From a virus (taxonomy: Duplodnaviria; Caudoviricetes), in the IMG/VR virus record IMGVR_UViG_3300032225_001742, positions 1 through 24,834 of that record: a stretch of DNA of 24,834 nt; one strand, written 5' to 3'. Below are positions 1 through 9,041 of this stretch, piece after piece. Within the stretch, counting starts at the first letter, position 1. Each line of letters opens with the position of its first letter. Position numbers and translations under genes: made by a program. The notes beneath the pieces are model-generated. The model was given only the letters and a program-made list of their open reading frames with translations, searched no databases and was not told the DNA's origin.

Positions 1-1054
1 GGTTGGCCGTGGTGGTTCCCAGTGACGGGACCGCGCCGGCGAACCCGTCAAACGCATTGGCAGACCGGCGGACGTAGGGAACGATGGAAGCGCCGGCGGT
101 TCCTGCGTTGTCCGCAAGGTACGCCAAAACAAACCCTCCGGACCATCCGGTTACGTCCGCGTACCCCGCGTGGGTGACCGTCTGGATGTAGTCGAGCGTT
201 CCGCCCAAGTCTGAACTGGCATACATTCGGACGTCGTTGGCCGCTCCGTTGGCCACTGAGAGCGCAAGCGAGATCTGACCGTTTTGGTACGCGGCGCGCA
301 GCTGATAGGGCGTGTACGCGGCCACGTTGGCACCCACGTACTGAGCCAGTGAGCGTTTGGTTGTGACCGACACCGAGTCCTCATCTGGAGCCGAACGCCA
401 GGACAAGATCTCACCGTTGGCGTCTACACCGAACGCTACCCACCCACCGTCAGGCAGCGCCACGACAGCAGCCACGTTCTTGAGTGGCGTAGCAATAACG
501 CCACCAGAGCTGGGAGCCGAATACATCGGGAGGTCCAGCCGCGCAGCCCACGAACCCGCCAGTGGCCGATGCCACACCGAGATCGAGGTGGCGTTGTGAA
601 CGCTGATCGCGGTCATGGCGCCGCTCGGGTGTGTACAGATGCTCATCCCGGTCCACTCGGTGGCCGTGGTGGACAGGCTGAGGATGTCCATCCCGGAGAG
701 CGAGGTGGGCGGATCTTGTCCCGCAGTTGGGAGAAGCAGCGTGGAAAGACCGAGATTCGGCGCGATGGTGATCCGCGGAGTCTCGGTGGTGCTCACCACA
801 GTGACCTTGGGGCCAACGCCAGGGACGCCCGTCAAGCTTGAAGCAGACGCGCCGTCCAACGTGCCACTGGCGTACAGGTTGCCGTACGCCGGGCCTTGAA
901 CGGGACTCCCGCCCGTCGATGTCAACAGCGTGCGGACCGGTGGAGCCCACGTCCCGCCCGTGGACAGTGAGACCGTGGACGTGCTGACCGCGCCGGAGGT
1001 CTGGCGAACAATCGCCTGGTACTGGGCTGGATTCGTCGGGGTACGATCAGACAC
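1..1054 (-). CDS. Virion tail-tip or receptor-binding-like protein, truncated at the window edge (>351 aa; MSDRTPTNPAQYQAIVRQTSG...)
   Basis: Not in the ORF track. Manual translation from GTG at 1054 (GGAGG upstream, overlapping the tape measure stop) is open to the window edge. Rich in S/T/G/A/V with beta-strand character and one Asp-box-like SSDLGGTL at 194-217. Lies directly downstream of the tape measure gene. Confidence 0.8.
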   Translation of the reverse strand, partial: MSDRTPTNPAQYQAIVRQTSGAVSTSTVSLSTGGTWAPPVRTLLTSTGGSPVQGPAYGNLYASGTLDGASASSLTGVPGVGPKVTVVSTTETPRITIAPNLGLSTLLLPTAGQDPPTSLSGMDILSLSTTATEWTGMSICTHPSGAMTAISVHNATSISVWHRPLAGSWAARLDLPMYSAPSSGGVIATPLKNVAAVVALPDGGWVAFGVDANGEILSWRSAPDEDSVSVTTKRSLAQYVGANVAAYTPYQLRAAYQNGQISLALSVANGAANDVRMYASSDLGGTLDYIQTVTHAGYADVTGWSGGFVLAYLADNAGTAGASIVPYVRRSANAFDGFAGAVPSLGTTTAN

Positions 1055-2903
1055 TGGAGATCCTCCGATTCTTACGATGCCCATATACCGCGCCGGCGTG
1101 GAGCGCCTCGCGGAGCACGCCAGCGCTTTCCATAGAACGCTTCAGCCCGGCCTCAAACACACGATGTCCAAGGACGATCGGAGCCGGACCGGTTGGAGCG
1201 TCCATACGTGTCTGGCCGTTGTTCATGCGCTCGATCTGACGTGAGCCCATAGCCGCAGCTGCGGTACTGTTCAGCACGGCCTCCTTCTTCAGAATGGTGG
1301 CTTGGAGCTCGTCCGGAGACTTTCCGCTGTGGAAGCTGGGCTGTTCCGCAGCAATAGCCGCGATCTGAACGCCGCCAGCCACGCCCGCAGCGATAGCCGC
1401 AGCCGGACCGATTACCAGACCGGCGGGACCGCCCACCTCGAGACCATCGTTCAGTGCGTTGATCACGGCCATGGCCGTTGTGATCGCCGCCGCCGCCAGC
1501 TTCGCGGCCTTGGAAATCGCGAACGCCTCCCGAGCGTGTTTCTGTTGATCTGCGATCCGTTTGGCGAGCTCCGCTTTTTGGGCTTGGGTGTACACCTCGT
1601 CACCGGCGATCAACTGGTCCGTCAGGCTCTTGGCCGTGCTCACGCTGGCTTGGTAGTTCTGCTCGAAGCCCGCGGCCAGCGCCTCCAACCCTTGCTCTGC
1701 GTAGCCGGCCATGGCGTTGGCCAACAACTTGGCGTTCTCCATGCGCGCCTTGGTGGCTTCGTCGTCCGCGGCCACCGCGTCTTTGGCTGTTTGCGCGTCC
1801 AGCGCGGCCAGCTGCTCCGCGGTGTACTTGTGGTTGTCTCTGCGGGCCTTCTCGAGCTTCTCGGTGTCGACGCCCACGGCCATGTTGGCCGCGATCTGCT
1901 TCTTCAACGCGGCGTCACGCTCGAACCCTTCACGCGCTACCCGCTCGTGTTCAGTTTCCCCAAGTTGAGACGTGGCCGCGGTCAGCGCGTTGGTGGCGTC
2001 CACCGCAGACAGGATCGCCTCCACCTGAGCGTGAGCTCGGGACACGCGCTCCGCGTCCGCAGCGTCCGCCAGCGCTTGAAGCCGTGCCAGTTCCTTAGTG
2101 GCGTCCGCCTGGTCTCGGCTGGCTGCGGCGTTGTCTTTCTTGGCCTTGGTGCTCTTGGGCTCGAGGATCGCGTTCTGTGCGGCCAGCTGGAGATACTTCC
2201 CTTGCTCGTTGTTGAGCGCATCCAAACCGGCCTTGGCCTCTTTGTACGCCTTGGCCTTCTGGGTGTCCGAGTACATCCACTCAGTGTTCCCTTTGGTGAT
2301 CGCGTCCACCTCCTCTTGTTGTTTTTTGATCCGGGGTCCGTACATGTCCGTGACAGACTTCAGCGCGTCCCGCAGCTCGAGCTCCTTCTTGGTCGCTTGA
2401 CCCGTGGCGATCAGGTTCTGATCCGTGATCGAACGCTTCAGCCCTTCGAGCTTCACGAACGCCGCCGTGGCCGCGTCCGAGCTCGCCGCGGCCTTGGTGT
2501 TGGCCTCCTCCACCTTCTCCAAGTCTTTGGACAGCACGTAGTACGCCGCACCGAGCGCCGCCGCAGCCACCGCCACTGGACCCATAACGGCCAGCATGGA
2601 CGTCATGCTGATCCCAACTGCGGCTCCAGCTGCGGCCAGTCCTTGACCCGCGCTGGAAAGTCCCGCGATGGAGCTCGCCGCGGCGCCGGCCTCGGGGCTG
2701 ATTTTAGACAGCACGCCACCGAGCGGACCGAGAGCCGCCGCAGCCTTGGACGCGGCGCCGCCCATGCCACCGAGCGCGGGCGTGACTTTGGCGCTGGCCT
2801 TGTCGGCGCTCGCTCCCAGGTTGTTCAGCGCCGCGTTGGCCTTGTTGGTCGCGTTGACAAGCGAGGACGCGTCACCAGTGATCGGGATGTTGACGGAGCT
2901 CAT
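1047..2903 (-). CDS. Tail tape measure protein (618 aa)
   Basis: Ala-rich and helical. N-terminus VNIPITGDASSL, hydrophobic Ala/Gly stretches, and C-terminal AAIAAGVAGGVQIAAIAA-QPSFHSG typical of tape measure proteins. Longest complete tail gene. Confidence 0.85.
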   Translation of the reverse strand: MSSVNIPITGDASSLVNATNKANAALNNLGASADKASAKVTPALGGMGGAASKAAAALGPLGGVLSKISPEAGAAASSIAGLSSAGQGLAAAGAAVGISMTSMLAVMGPVAVAAAALGAAYYVLSKDLEKVEEANTKAAASSDAATAAFVKLEGLKRSITDQNLIATGQATKKELELRDALKSVTDMYGPRIKKQQEEVDAITKGNTEWMYSDTQKAKAYKEAKAGLDALNNEQGKYLQLAAQNAILEPKSTKAKKDNAAASRDQADATKELARLQALADAADAERVSRAHAQVEAILSAVDATNALTAATSQLGETEHERVAREGFERDAALKKQIAANMAVGVDTEKLEKARRDNHKYTAEQLAALDAQTAKDAVAADDEATKARMENAKLLANAMAGYAEQGLEALAAGFEQNYQASVSTAKSLTDQLIAGDEVYTQAQKAELAKRIADQQKHAREAFAISKAAKLAAAAITTAMAVINALNDGLEVGGPAGLVIGPAAAIAAGVAGGVQIAAIAAEQPSFHSGKSPDELQATILKKEAVLNSTAAAAMGSRQIERMNNGQTRMDAPTGPAPIVLGHRVFEAGLKRSMESAGVLREALHAGAVYGHRKNRRISSV

Positions 2904-3349
2904 AGGGTGAATGTCCTCACAGCTTTGTTGGGGCCACCACGTGGTCCGAGTTTCTTAGGCGCCGCTGGCGTGTTCAGATCGTCCTCTATCGCACGTTTTA
3001 GATCCTCGATCATGGCCGGGATCAAGGTCAGCTGGACTTCCTCCCAGATCCGTTCCCACTCGATCACGGGAGTCCCCGAACGGTGGACGCCGCCCGAGTA
3101 GTCCGCGGTGTTGAGGATGTAGAGTGTCACCGCGGTTGTGCTTGTGGTTTCAATCCGGCTGGACCACTGTTTGAGCGACACGTTCCGCTCATCTCCGGCT
3201 GGACGGCCTCGGTACAGCCAGCCTACCCACGAGCGCTTGAACGCCTTGAGGATCCGGGACTCGTGCTTCACGAACACGCGCCGTTCAATGTCGGTCAACC
3301 TCCGTTGGAAGTCTCCGAAGTCACACGTGGAGATCGCTTCAACGGACAC
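2900..3349 (-). CDS. Putative HK97 gp10-like tail/neck completion protein (149 aa, probable GTG start at 3349)
   Basis: Shorter start within ORF 2900..3406, with GAGG upstream and overlap with the previous stop. The segment SLKQWSSRI...ILNTADYSGGVHRSG loosely resembles the gp10 'N.A.YA..V..G' motif. Confidence 0.5.
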   Translation of the reverse strand: MSVEAISTCDFGDFQRRLTDIERRVFVKHESRILKAFKRSWVGWLYRGRPAGDERNVSLKQWSSRIETTSTTAVTLYILNTADYSGGVHRSGTPVIEWERIWEEVQLTLIPAMIEDLKRAIEDDLNTPAAPKKLGPRGGPNKAVRTFTL

Positions 3350-3773
3350 GGCGCCGCCTCGTTGGGCCGGGTGTCGGCTCCACGTACGCGGCTTCAGCGA
3401 TGTCAACGGCGGTCCGCATCTGCGCTAACAATAGCTCGCGGTTGTCGCTGATCACCTGCGGAATGATGATGTCAATGATCGGAGTCCCGCCGTTCTCCAC
3501 GCTCGCGGAGCCCTTCTCCACGATGTACTCCACGTAGTCCACGTCATTGTAGATCGTGAAGCCCACTTGGCCACCGGTCATGAGCTCGTACCGGAACGCA
3601 TCTCGGCTGGTACTGGTGTCCACCGGCCACGCTTCTTCAATGTCCGCCACGATCAGCTCAGCCAGCTGGTCAAGCTCTTGGATCTCCGAGAGCTCCAGAT
3701 ACCGGAAACCTCGGTGCTTCTGAATGATGTACTGCTCAATGGACTCCAGCCTGACGGGTACCTCGAGTCCCAT
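3339..3773 (-). CDS. HK97 gp10-like tail/neck completion protein (144 aa)
   Basis: Motifs IEEAWPVDTSTSRDAF and YNDVDYVEYIVEKG match the HK97 gp10 family pattern (PVDTG.LR.S ... YA.YVE.G). Confidence 0.7.
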   Translation of the reverse strand: MGLEVPVRLESIEQYIIQKHRGFRYLELSEIQELDQLAELIVADIEEAWPVDTSTSRDAFRYELMTGGQVGFTIYNDVDYVEYIVEKGSASVENGGTPIIDIIIPQVISDNRELLLAQMRTAVDIAEAAYVEPTPGPTRRRRVR

Positions 3774-4048
3774 TAGCGTGCGGCCCAGTCAGCGAACGCG
3801 GACAGAGCTGGATCGCTGGACGGTTTGGTGGCTGGAGCGCGCTGGACGTTGGTCATGCGAACATGATCACCCGCGGAGACCGGAGCCAGCGTGTTCCGCC
3901 AGCCGTCCTCGGAGTCTCGGGTGATCAGATGAGCGACAAGATCCACGTACTGGTCCTCCGGGAGATCGTAGGCAGCATGAACGCCCCCAAGGTGTCTGGC
4001 GCCGTGCTCGATTAGGAGAGCGTCAAACCGTCCGTGGGGGCTGCGGAA
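3773..4048 (-). CDS. -1 frameshift extension of the tail assembly chaperone (gpT-like, 91 aa: FRSPHGRFDALLIEHG...SAFADWAAR)
   Basis: Open -1 frame starting at the T-run 4047-4051, with no convincing start of its own. It fills the gap and ends at TAA 3773-3775, overlapping the next ATG (TAATG). Confidence 0.75.
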   Translation of the reverse strand, partial: FRSPHGRFDALLIEHGARHLGGVHAAYDLPEDQYVDLVAHLITRDSEDGWRNTLAPVSAGDHVRMTNVQRAPATKPSSDPALSAFADWAAR

Positions 4049-4485
4049 AAACTGGAGCGGGCCATGGCCATGGTGATCAAGCTCTGGCGTTGGTACAGCT
4101 CTGGAGCGATACCGGCGAGCAGCTCGATCAAGTCCAGCAGCGTGAAGCCCGCGTCTTGGAGCTCCTCAGCAACCTTGTGGCCGTATGCCAACAGGTCCGC
4201 GTCCTCGAGCTTGGAGAGGTCCATGACGGTCTCGAGCTCGCGGCCCGAGTCGTACCAGCACACACCGACCACCAGCCCGGCGAACGGAAGCACGCGCTCC
4301 GCGGTGTCCTGTGGGCTTAGGTCTCTGTCCTGGTCTCGGTGAGCGATCAGACACCGAACCACCGAGCTCGCCACACCGTAGTACGGGTGACGGAAGGTGA
4401 GCGCGCCTTGGTCGCCCACGGTCAGCGTCCAATACCGGTCTGGGAGCGGGGACGGAATGGAGACCGGCTTGACGCGGGGCTTCAC
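4012..4485 (-). CDS. Tail assembly chaperone (gpG-like, 157 aa, GTG start at 4485)
   Basis: GTGA overlap with the upstream gene and GGAGG RBS. Downstream of the tail tube gene. Ends in ...ARSSFSAAPTDGLTLS with a slippery AGTTTTTCC near the 3' end. Confidence 0.7.
   Translation of the reverse strand: MKPRVKPVSIPSPLPDRYWTLTVGDQGALTFRHPYYGVASSVVRCLIAHRDQDRDLSPQDTAERVLPFAGLVVGVCWYDSGRELETVMDLSKLEDADLLAYGHKVAEELQDAGFTLLDLIELLAGIAPELYQRQSLITMAMARSSFSAAPTDGLTLS
4045..4053 (-). other. Candidate programmed -1 ribosomal frameshift site AGT TTT TCC
   Basis: A run of five T near the chaperone 3' end. A -1 slip opens a 91-codon frame that couples to the next gene. Confidence 0.65.
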
Positions 4486-4790
4486 TCGCCACCTCCAAGC
4501 CGCAGCGGAGAAGGCGGCTCCTTGGTCGTGGTCTCGAACCGCTCGGTGGCCGGGAGCACGGGGTGGGCGTAGCACTGCTGAGAGTTGCGGGCGTCCCGAA
4601 CGATCAGAACGTCCCAGTCATTCCCCTCAGCGAGGAGCGCCAGACGCTTCAGACACCACTTGATCCGAGCTTTTAGATCGTAGGCACATTCTCCAAACGG
4701 CTGCTTCTGGCGCCAGCCGGGCCAGATCTGATCCATCTCAGCTTCGAGCTCGGTGATCTTCTTGAGAATGACGGGGGAGTGGGCGTGCAT
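4482..4790 (-). CDS. Hypothetical protein (102 aa, MHAHSPVILKK...)
   Basis: ATG at 4790 preceded by AGGAGG. Its stop overlaps the chaperone start. Confidence 0.75.
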   Translation of the reverse strand: MHAHSPVILKKITELEAEMDQIWPGWRQKQPFGECAYDLKARIKWCLKRLALLAEGNDWDVLIVRDARNSQQCYAHPVLPATERFETTTKEPPSPLRLGGGE

Positions 4791-4819
4791 GACAAACCCT
4801 CCTATGGTGCGGGTTGAGA

Positions 4820-5365
4820 CTACGCGGAGCGACCGAGAACGAGGATGTCCCACGCGTTGGTGGAGCCGGCTACCGCGCTGGTGGTGATCGAGAGGATGTC
4901 AGCAGTACCGGCGGTGACGGGTACGCCGTCCGCAGCGTACAGAACAAGCCAGCCGCCGGGAGAACAAACGTTCCCTTGATCCGCGTCCGCCGCGATGTCT
5001 GCGGGCCAGAATCCAAGGCCAGCAGCGAGCCGCCCGAACCCGTTGGCCGCAGCCGGCGCCAACGTGATGTTGGCCAACGCCGTGGTGCGATTGTTCCGGA
5101 GAGCGATCAACACCACCTCGGCGAACTGGACCACGTTCCCGAATGAGTCGGTGAGCGCGCCAGACAGGTCCATGTTGGTGGTAGCGCTGGCCGCCATGCC
5201 CACGCGGGACGCGCTCCAAGCGAGGTCAATCTGGCCGTCTACCAGACCGTTGTTGAGATCCACAGCTTGAGCGAACTGGATCGGAATGACACCAGCTTTC
5301 AGGCCGGTGTTGAGCACATCGCGAGCGGTGATCGAGAGAGAGACTGAAGCGGTAGCGTTTCCCAT
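4820..5365 (-). CDS. Probable virion structural protein (181 aa), tail-associated
   Basis: AGGAG RBS. Rich in A/G/T/V with beta-strand character. Immediately follows the tail tube gene. Confidence 0.65.
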   Translation of the reverse strand: MGNATASVSLSITARDVLNTGLKAGVIPIQFAQAVDLNNGLVDGQIDLAWSASRVGMAASATTNMDLSGALTDSFGNVVQFAEVVLIALRNNRTTALANITLAPAAANGFGRLAAGLGFWPADIAADADQGNVCSPGGWLVLYAADGVPVTAGTADILSITTSAVAGSTNAWDILVLGRSA

Positions 5366-5377
5366 GATCGGAGCTCC

Positions 5378-5884
5378 TTAGGACAGGGTGGGGCGGACGG
5401 CGTAGCTGGTAAAGCTGCACGCGAACTTATTGGGATCGCCTTCCGCGATGTTCCCGCGAAGCACACAGAACGGGAGAACCAAAGACTTGTCCGCTTCGCC
5501 GAACGGGGTACCGTCGATGGTGTAGGTACACGTCACCGTGAACACGTCCGAGTTGGCGCCCATGGTGGAGACCCAGTTGGTGGACACGTACCGAGCCGTG
5601 AAGCGCATGATCAGATCGTTCAGCGAAACGTAGCTGTTCCCGGTGTCACCGAGGTCCGAGAGGTACGCGGAGAACCCGCCGGACATCGGAGCTTCGTCCC
5701 CGATTCGGATCATCGGGATCGCACCGATCACACCACGGTCCAGCACGTGAACGATGGAGTAGTCCGGCATGTTCAGCGTGAACGATCCATCTTCGCGGAC
5801 GATGGTGTAAGTGTGGCCGGCGCCGTTGTCAGCGAACAGGATCTGGCCGTCGCGCTTCGTGCGGACGACAGTTGATTCAGCCAT
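5378..5884 (-). CDS. Probable major tail (tube) protein (168 aa)
   Basis: Lies between the tail terminator and the chaperone. Size and alternating beta pattern fit, as does the ending LRGNIAEGDPNKFACSFTSY. GAGG RBS. Confidence 0.65.
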   Translation of the reverse strand: MAESTVVRTKRDGQILFADNGAGHTYTIVREDGSFTLNMPDYSIVHVLDRGVIGAIPMIRIGDEAPMSGGFSAYLSDLGDTGNSYVSLNDLIMRFTARYVSTNWVSTMGANSDVFTVTCTYTIDGTPFGEADKSLVLPFCVLRGNIAEGDPNKFACSFTSYAVRPTLS

Positions 5885-5923
5885 GGAATACCTCGAGGTG
5901 AAAGGGTTGTAGCACGAAAACGA

Positions 5924-6379
5924 TCAAGCGGTGAGCCCGCTCCATGACCAGTCACACTCCAGTGTGAAGGTCACGTCCAGAACCAGATACTCCCTGGACG
6001 GAGTGGGCGTGCGTTGGGTGTTCATCCACTTGACCACCGCGTACGGAATGTTTGATCGCCGCAGCATGACGGCCATGATCCGCTCCTCGATGTCACCAGC
6101 AGCCAGCAAAGACTCGAACTGAGCCATAGGCCGGATCTGTTTCAACACCGACAGCTTGAGCTCGTGGACCACACGAGCGGAGTCCTCTCCGCCTTCGCGG
6201 TACAGCTGGGTGTCTGCGCTCTGGATCGCCATGCAGTAGCTGTTGTCCACCAAGCTCTTGGGGAGGTCGCCGGCGCTGAACAGAGCCGGTGAGCGTTTGA
6301 GCCCAGTCCCACATAGCACGGAGTCCACCTGCGTAAGCAAGCTCCGGAGCGTGTGATCTTGGCGCTCGCGGACGCTCAT
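5924..6379 (-). CDS. Probable tail terminator or completion protein (151 aa, MSVRERQDH...)
   Basis: ATG at 6379 overlaps the upstream stop (TAATG). The longer ORF-track start is a shadow of the glycine-rich gene. C-terminal strand YLVLDVTFTLEC and position before the tail tube fit. Confidence 0.6.
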   Translation of the reverse strand: MSVRERQDHTLRSLLTQVDSVLCGTGLKRSPALFSAGDLPKSLVDNSYCMAIQSADTQLYREGGEDSARVVHELKLSVLKQIRPMAQFESLLAAGDIEERIMAVMLRRSNIPYAVVKWMNTQRTPTPSREYLVLDVTFTLECDWSWSGLTA

Positions 6380-7266
6380 TAGCCGTTCATCCCGATAATG
6401 CAGGTTGGTCCAGCCGACCCCGCCACGCCGGCGAGCGAGGTGCCGATAGCCGCACCACCAGCGCCACCAACGGCCTGGACGGTGCCCACTGCGCTGCTGA
6501 GCGTGTCGGTGATCACAATCACGAATCCACCGCCGCCGCCGCCGCCGCCCGAGGAGTTGCCAGTACCCGCCGCAGCTGCGCCCGCGCCGCCGTTTGCGGA
6601 GATCCGGCCAGCGTTGCTGATCGTTCGCGCCGCCACCCAAACACCGCCCCCGCCGGCACCGCCGCCGCCCGAGGTCGCCGTCGTAACGGTGCTGTTGGAC
6701 CCCGATCCACCGCCGCCGCCGCCGGTAAACGTAACTGCGGTGTTTAGACGTCCGTTGCTGAACGAGCCCCAGATGGACTGGAGCGTGGTGCCACCGGTAG
6801 CAGCTCCACCAGCGCCGCCGACTTGCGCGCCACCAGCTCCACCAGCGCCACCAGACGCGAATCCGTTGGTATTGTTCAAGCTGCTAATGCTGACGCCACC
6901 GCCGGCTGTACCGTTGCTCACTGCGCTGGAGCCGCTTCCACCTATGCCGCTTGCGCCGCCAAGCGAGCCACGAGCGGACAACGCCGCGCCACCGCTTGAT
7001 CCGCTGGCTGAGGCACCGTCGTCGTTGACCGAGCCAGAGCTGGAGATCGTCAGTGTACCCGCGACAAACAGCCGCCAACCGGACGTTTTGAGGTTTCCAG
7101 TGCCTTGGATCGTGACGTTGTTGTAATACGAATCCTTGGACAGCGTGGGGTTGGTGCCGGTGAGCACAACCAAATCACCCATGGCTCCAGTCCCGTACTG
7201 CTGCGCCATAAAGTTGGTAGGCAAGGACGCGCCTGTAGATGCGCTGGTGGTTTGGCTCCAACTCAT
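6379..7266 (-). CDS. Glycine-rich virion protein (295 aa), fibre/spike-like
   Basis: Repeated GGxGGxGG runs and a C-terminal 'GGGGVWVAARTISNAGRISANGGAG' pattern. ATGA overlap with the upstream gene. Confidence 0.8.
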   Translation of the reverse strand: MSWSQTTSASTGASLPTNFMAQQYGTGAMGDLVVLTGTNPTLSKDSYYNNVTIQGTGNLKTSGWRLFVAGTLTISSSGSVNDDGASASGSSGGAALSARGSLGGASGIGGSGSSAVSNGTAGGGVSISSLNNTNGFASGGAGGAGGAQVGGAGGAATGGTTLQSIWGSFSNGRLNTAVTFTGGGGGGSGSNSTVTTATSGGGGAGGGGVWVAARTISNAGRISANGGAGAAAAGTGNSSGGGGGGGGFVIVITDTLSSAVGTVQAVGGAGGAAIGTSLAGVAGSAGPTCIIGMNG

Positions 7267-7661
7267 TCCGCACCTTCCACAATCACGATCTCCGTCGAGA
7301 CCGAGTGATCCGCCGCGGCGTTGCTGGGCAGGGAACGCCCGTAGATTTTGGCAGCAGTCAACCCCGAATACTTCAGCGAAGTGCTGTCATTGATCAACGC
7401 CGCCGTGGTCGAGTTGACTCCGATCACGTCGTTGGTCGTGGTCGTAAACGCAAGCGTCCGACCCAGACGGGGATTGATCGTAGCGCCGGTGCCGGCGGTC
7501 AAGTTTGCGCGGTACAACACTACGGTCCCAATCGCCGGAGCTCCGGTGATCGTAAACGTGTCGGTCGGTGCCGCGCCGGTCTCGCTGATTGTCCAGCGGT
7601 AGGTAGCGCGCCCTTTGATCACGTTGATTGTGGGGCCAACAACGGTAGAAGCGTAGGGCAT
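7263..7661 (-). CDS. Probable virion structural protein (132 aa)
   Basis: Thr-rich beta-type sequence within the structural operon. GGAGG RBS. Confidence 0.7.
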   Translation of the reverse strand: MPYASTVVGPTINVIKGRATYRWTISETGAAPTDTFTITGAPAIGTVVLYRANLTAGTGATINPRLGRTLAFTTTTNDVIGVNSTTAALINDSTSLKYSGLTAAKIYGRSLPSNAAADHSVSTEIVIVEGAE

Positions 7662-7664
7662 AAG

Positions 7665-8417
7665 TCAGATCCTCCGAGGTCCGAACGGGCGATAAGCCAT
7701 GCTCGGAGCGTAGTTGGTGTAAATCAAAGGTCTGGCAGCTACGGACGGAGCGGAGCTCGCCCGCGTGTTGACTTCGCTCATATCGTACTCAAGCCGCAGC
7801 CGGTCAAACGCCGCCACGGCCTCCTCGCGGTATACCAAGGCGCGCTCGCCAAACCGTCCGTCCCCGCTGTACGTGGACAGGTCGGTGAAGATGAGGTCCA
7901 GCGCCATGGCTGCGTGCCAGTCGGTCAACGCGTAGTCATTCATGATCAGGTAGGGGCGCTTTCCGTCCTGAAGGAGTCGCCGTTGGCACATTCCCCACGC
8001 TTCGTCCAAGTACGGCTGGTAGCTGGAGATCGTGGGCGGACGAATGGCTGCAAGGTCAGCCACTCGCCGGATCAAGAGTGGCTCGGTGACCGTGGGATGA
8101 AGCAGCCGGAGGCATAGGTACGCGTCCCGTGGGTAGGTTTCCACGTGGCCGGTTCCAAACGTGAGCTCCCATTCCTCTTGCCAGTAGGCGGAGAGTGAGG
8201 TGGCCAACGGAAGGTTGAGCGCCGTCACGGTGTAGCTTGGGATTCCACCGGTCTGGACCGTGGCGCCGGTTACGATCACGTCTTTAGCCTGATTGTACAA
8301 CGTGAAGGTACCGGACGCTACCGACACAACAGAACCTCCGTCATAGACGGCCATGGACACGGTTTGAGCCCGTGTCCGCTCGTAGAACGAGGGAAGCTGT
8401 GAGTCGATGGAGTACAT
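7665..8417 (-). CDS. Probable head-tail adaptor/connector with an N-terminal beta domain (250 aa)
   Basis: The C-terminal half is helical (YLDEAWGMCQRRL...AMALDLIFTDL...YREEAVAAFDRL), like gp6/gp15-type adaptors. Position after the capsid genes fits. Confidence 0.55.
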   Translation of the reverse strand: MYSIDSQLPSFYERTRAQTVSMAVYDGGSVVSVASGTFTLYNQAKDVIVTGATVQTGGIPSYTVTALNLPLATSLSAYWQEEWELTFGTGHVETYPRDAYLCLRLLHPTVTEPLLIRRVADLAAIRPPTISSYQPYLDEAWGMCQRRLLQDGKRPYLIMNDYALTDWHAAMALDLIFTDLSTYSGDGRFGERALVYREEAVAAFDRLRLEYDMSEVNTRASSAPSVAARPLIYTNYAPSMAYRPFGPRRI

Positions 8418-8426
8418 GGCGGACTC

Positions 8427-9002
8427 CTACTTGAACGCGATGATCTTGAACTTCTCGCCCAGAGTGACGGTCAGCGTCACGTTGGTGGCGTCGGCGCTTT
8501 CAGCCGAGACCACGTACGCGCCGCCGGTCAGGTTGCTAGGGACCGCAAAGTAGATCGAGGGCGTCACGCCCAAGCCATGCGCTACGGTCTGCGGGTTTCC
8601 GGTACCGGTCTGCTCAGTGGACTTGAACGAGGAGCCGGACTGGATCGAAGGCGCCGGCGACGGAGCGTGAACGAGCGTCCACGCGGTGCCCGAGTAGACA
8701 ACGTGGCAGCTCTGGCCGGGAGCCAGCGTGGTGAGCGTGGTGGCCGCGGGCTTGTTGATCGTGAGGTTGTACGTGGTCCCGCTGTTGTAAATCAGGTGCC
8801 ACATACCCTTCTTGGCGCCCTGGGCCGTGGTCGGGAGCGTGACCACGCGGGTCCCAGTCGACGGGTTCAGCGCGATCATCTCTTCGTAGTATGGAGTGAT
8901 CGTCAACGCGGCGGTGATCGTCTGGATCGCTACGCCGTCGCCCCCATAGGCAAGCCGGCGATAGAACTGGAACGGGGTGGTACTCTTGATGGATGCGGGC
9001 AT
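8427..9002 (-). CDS. Probable capsid decoration or fibre protein (191 aa)
   Basis: Thr-rich with two apparent beta domains (VVTLP...LAPGQSCHVVYSGTAW and TVAHGLGVTP) of a kind seen in phage fibre and decoration proteins. AGGAG RBS. Confidence 0.6.
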   Translation of the reverse strand: MPASIKSTTPFQFYRRLAYGGDGVAIQTITAALTITPYYEEMIALNPSTGTRVVTLPTTAQGAKKGMWHLIYNSGTTYNLTINKPAATTLTTLAPGQSCHVVYSGTAWTLVHAPSPAPSIQSGSSFKSTEQTGTGNPQTVAHGLGVTPSIYFAVPSNLTGGAYVVSAESADATNVTLTVTLGEKFKIIAFK

Positions 9003-9041
9003 GTAAACTCCTAAGAGGGGAGGGGGTGAAGATCTCTTCTG

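Noticed and set aside
1302-3101. 599-aa + strand ORF and other long antisense ORFs (10209..11123, 11211..12092, 12273..13379, 17251..18588, 19395..20408)
   Set aside because: Antisense shadows of real high-GC genes with biased codon usage and no recognisable motifs.
6398-7126. Proline-rich 242-aa + strand ORF
   Set aside because: It is the reverse-complement reading of the glycine codons of the Gly-rich gene.
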